A DNA stretch of 64,000 bases, from assembly GCF_028275055.1 (NCBI RefSeq), contig NZ_JAQCNJ010000072.1, positions 4,508 to 68,507 of the forward strand, in the 5' to 3' direction. Position numbers and translations under genes: made by a program. Position 1 is the first letter of the stretch. Each line of letters starts with the position of its first letter. This document shows positions 62,006 to 64,000 of the stretch, piece by piece. The notes beneath the pieces are model-generated. The model saw nothing but the letters and a program-made list of their open reading frames with translations, did no database searches and was not told the DNA's origin. The stretch comes from Haloplanus sp. GTDB taxonomy: Archaea > Halobacteriota > Halobacteria > Halobacteriales > Haloferacaceae.

Positions 62006-64000
62006 ACCACCTTGTACTGGTCCGTGCTTGGACTGTACACGTCACCCTTCCGTCGCAACCCCTCGATCTGGTCCATCACCTTCTCCTCCTTGATCCCTTC
62101 TGCCTCAGCGCGGTCGACGATGGCGTCGATCGGTGCCCCGGCCTCGCCCTCGTACTCGGCGTCGACCGTTTCGATCACGTCTTTGATGCTTTTGATGCGG
62201 TCGCGCTGGCTCTTCGAGGTGCCCGTCTCGATCACGTCGGCGTCGAACTCGCCGGTTTCGGGGTCGACACCGATGTCCTGCAGGCAGGAGCGGACGATGT
62301 CGATCACGCGGTCGGCGTCGGCCCGTGTGATCGTATCGGCGAGCCGAACCCGCGCGCTCGCCTCCGCAAGCCGGACCAGCGCTTCGAGTTTCCGGGCGGT
62401 GACCGGAACGGGAGCGTCCTCGTCGGCCCCCTTCGCCCGCAGGTCGACGTAGAACTCGCGGATAGCCGCCTTCGCCTCGTCGCTCATCGTCGGGTAGCAG
62501 GTCCGCTTCGCGTACGCGATATACTTCCGCAGGAGGTCGGGATCGATGGCCGGTTCGACCGTGTCGGTCACCTCCTCGACCTCCGCCTGGCTGTGATTCG
62601 CGTTCGCCACCTCCGCCCGCTGGGCGTGTAACTCGCCCGCGTAGTTGGTTCGGAGGATGTGGTCGGCCAGTGCGGCGTCCTCCTCGGGGTCGGGCTGGTC
62701 GGTGACGGTGAAGATCAGGTCGAACCGCGAGATCAAGGCGGGTTCGAGGTCGATCTGCTCGCCGATGGGTTCGTACTGGTCGAACCGACCGTATTTGGGA
62801 TTGGCCGCGCCCAGCAGGGAACACCGGGATTTGAGCGTGGCGTTGATGCCGGCCTTGGAGATGGAGATAGAGTTGTGGAGCGCGACGCCCTGACTGACGA
62901 ACGTGTTCGTCGGTTCGACGGTCACGTCGTAAACGTACTCACACTCGTATGCCCCCTCGTTCGGGACCGTCTCCACGTCGGTTACCCGGTAGTACCGGAG
63001 CGCACATCGCTCTTCGAGTCCGTCCAGTCGCGTCGCCGCGTCATCGAGCGCGTCCGAGATAGCCTCGCGGGCCGCCGTCGCCAGCGTGGCACGGCGCTCA
63101 CTATCGTAGCCACCGCTTTCGGCGTAGTGTACCGCGCTTGTCGTCTCGCCGTCGAGGCGCTCGGCGAGCTGTCGCCCGGACCAGTCGACCGCCGCCCGCA
63201 CGTCGGCCAGTGTATCGGCTTCGTTGAGGGCGGACCGAACCGTCTGCACGCGGTCACGAAGCGTCTCGATGTGTCTCTCGACCGTCTCGATCTGGACACC
63301 GTAGTCCTCGTCGAGATTCGGCCGAAATTCGCCGGTGAGTCGCTCCCCGAGGAGCCGCCGAAGCGACCGAATCTCGGCTGCAGCGCTCGGCGGTAATACG
63401 TCATGATGTCGTTTCGTCGCCTCGCTTCGCTCCACGAAGGCCAGTGCCTTCGCGTAGCGATCGTCGGCTGGCTCGACGACAGCGTCGACGAATCGCGCCG
63501 TTGAGCCGCCCATCACGTACGTCTTCCACGAGTTCTCGGTCGTGTCGTGGTGGATGCGCGACGCGACACCGATCTTCGCCAGCGCGTCGGCGTAGTCTTC
63601 GGCGAGTCCCTCCGACGCAGTCGAGAACGACATCGCTTCGCTCTCCACGCCGCCGTCCCCGGCGAACGCGCCGACGAGGAACCGCCGGATCGCCTCTTCG
63701 GAGGCACCGAGCACCGCGGCCGGGATGCGTTTCGCCCGTGCGGTGTGCATCACCTCGGGGACGTTCGACTCGAACCAGCGATAGAGTTTCGTCGAGATAT
63801 ACTGCTGTGTGACGGTCCCGGCGGCGTTCGTCGTGTCGCTACTCGACATCCCGAACACGTCGTTCATCAGCCGTTGCATCCGGTCCAGTAGCCGCCCGTC
63901 TTGGTTCGAGAATCCGATTTCGTGGCTACTACCGGCGTAGGAATGCCCTTCGGCGACGAGCAACCCCAGAATTTCCGCGAGGTCCGGTGTGAGTTCGTCC
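62002..64000 (-). CDS. mcm: MCM replicative helicase, 3' part (intein-containing; runs off window end)
   Basis: SISKAGINATL, AANP, SRFD Arg finger, TARKLE, C-terminal WH. Confidence 0.96.
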   Translation of the reverse strand, partial: DELTPDLAEILGLLVAEGHSYAGSSHEIGFSNQDGRLLDRMQRLMNDVFGMSSSDTTNAAGTVTQQYISTKLYRWFESNVPEVMHTARAKRIPAAVLGASEEAIRRFLVGAFAGDGGVESEAMSFSTASEGLAEDYADALAKIGVASRIHHDTTENSWKTYVMGGSTARFVDAVVEPADDRYAKALAFVERSEATKRHHDVLPPSAAAEIRSLRRLLGERLTGEFRPNLDEDYGVQIETVERHIETLRDRVQTVRSALNEADTLADVRAAVDWSGRQLAERLDGETTSAVHYAESGGYDSERRATLATAAREAISDALDDAATRLDGLEERCALRYYRVTDVETVPNEGAYECEYVYDVTVEPTNTFVSQGVALHNSISISKAGINATLKSRCSLLGAANPKYGRFDQYEPIGEQIDLEPALISRFDLIFTVTDQPDPEEDAALADHILRTNYAGELHAQRAEVANANHSQAEVEEVTDTVEPAIDPDLLRKYIAYAKRTCYPTMSDEAKAAIREFYVDLRAKGADEDAPVPVTARKLEALVRLAEASARVRLADTITRADADRVIDIVRSCLQDIGVDPETGEFDADVIETGTSKSQRDRIKSIKDVIETVDAEYEGEAGAPIDAIVDRAEAEGIKEEKVMDQIEGLRRKGDVYSPSTDQYKVV
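62872..64000 (-). mobile_element. LAGLIDADG intein in MCM (C-terminal part)
   Basis: LGLLVAEG and FLVGAFAGDG motifs; YVYDVTV...ALHN followed by Ser of SISISKAG. Confidence 0.93.

Overview
High-GC haloarchaeal chromosome segment (acidic proteins, TATA promoters, TFB/MCM/RFC/Hel308/Cgi121; gene order resembles Haloferacales, genus not determinable here). It is mostly core genome: rpiA end, histone-fold protein, larB, PMM, rfcS (with intein), alaS, prs, UDG, HIT, a Ser/Met/Thr biosynthesis cluster interrupted by a Liv-type ABC importer, hel308-cgi121, fhs, uvrB, two rhodaneses, tfb and the 3' part of an intein-containing mcm. No rRNA, tRNA, CRISPR array or transposase was seen. Most notable: (1) a SipW-type signal peptidase cassette with three cognate substrates, two membrane-tethered wHTH regulators and an ABC exporter (candidate TasA/bundling-pilus-like fibre system); (2) an RFC intein carrying a Zn-finger/NUMOD3/T7 endonuclease I-like PD-(D/E)XK nuclease instead of LAGLIDADG; (3) an in-frame SAMP2(GG)-GNAT fusion; (4) an mcm-coupled operon of unknown proteins plus MinD/ParA, with a 23-bp palindrome nearby; (5) two candidate intergenic sRNAs, one with a pseudoknot; (6) a decaying metY paralog and an AT-rich synonymous patch in uvrB. 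All family assignments come from motif recognition by eye, not from database searches.
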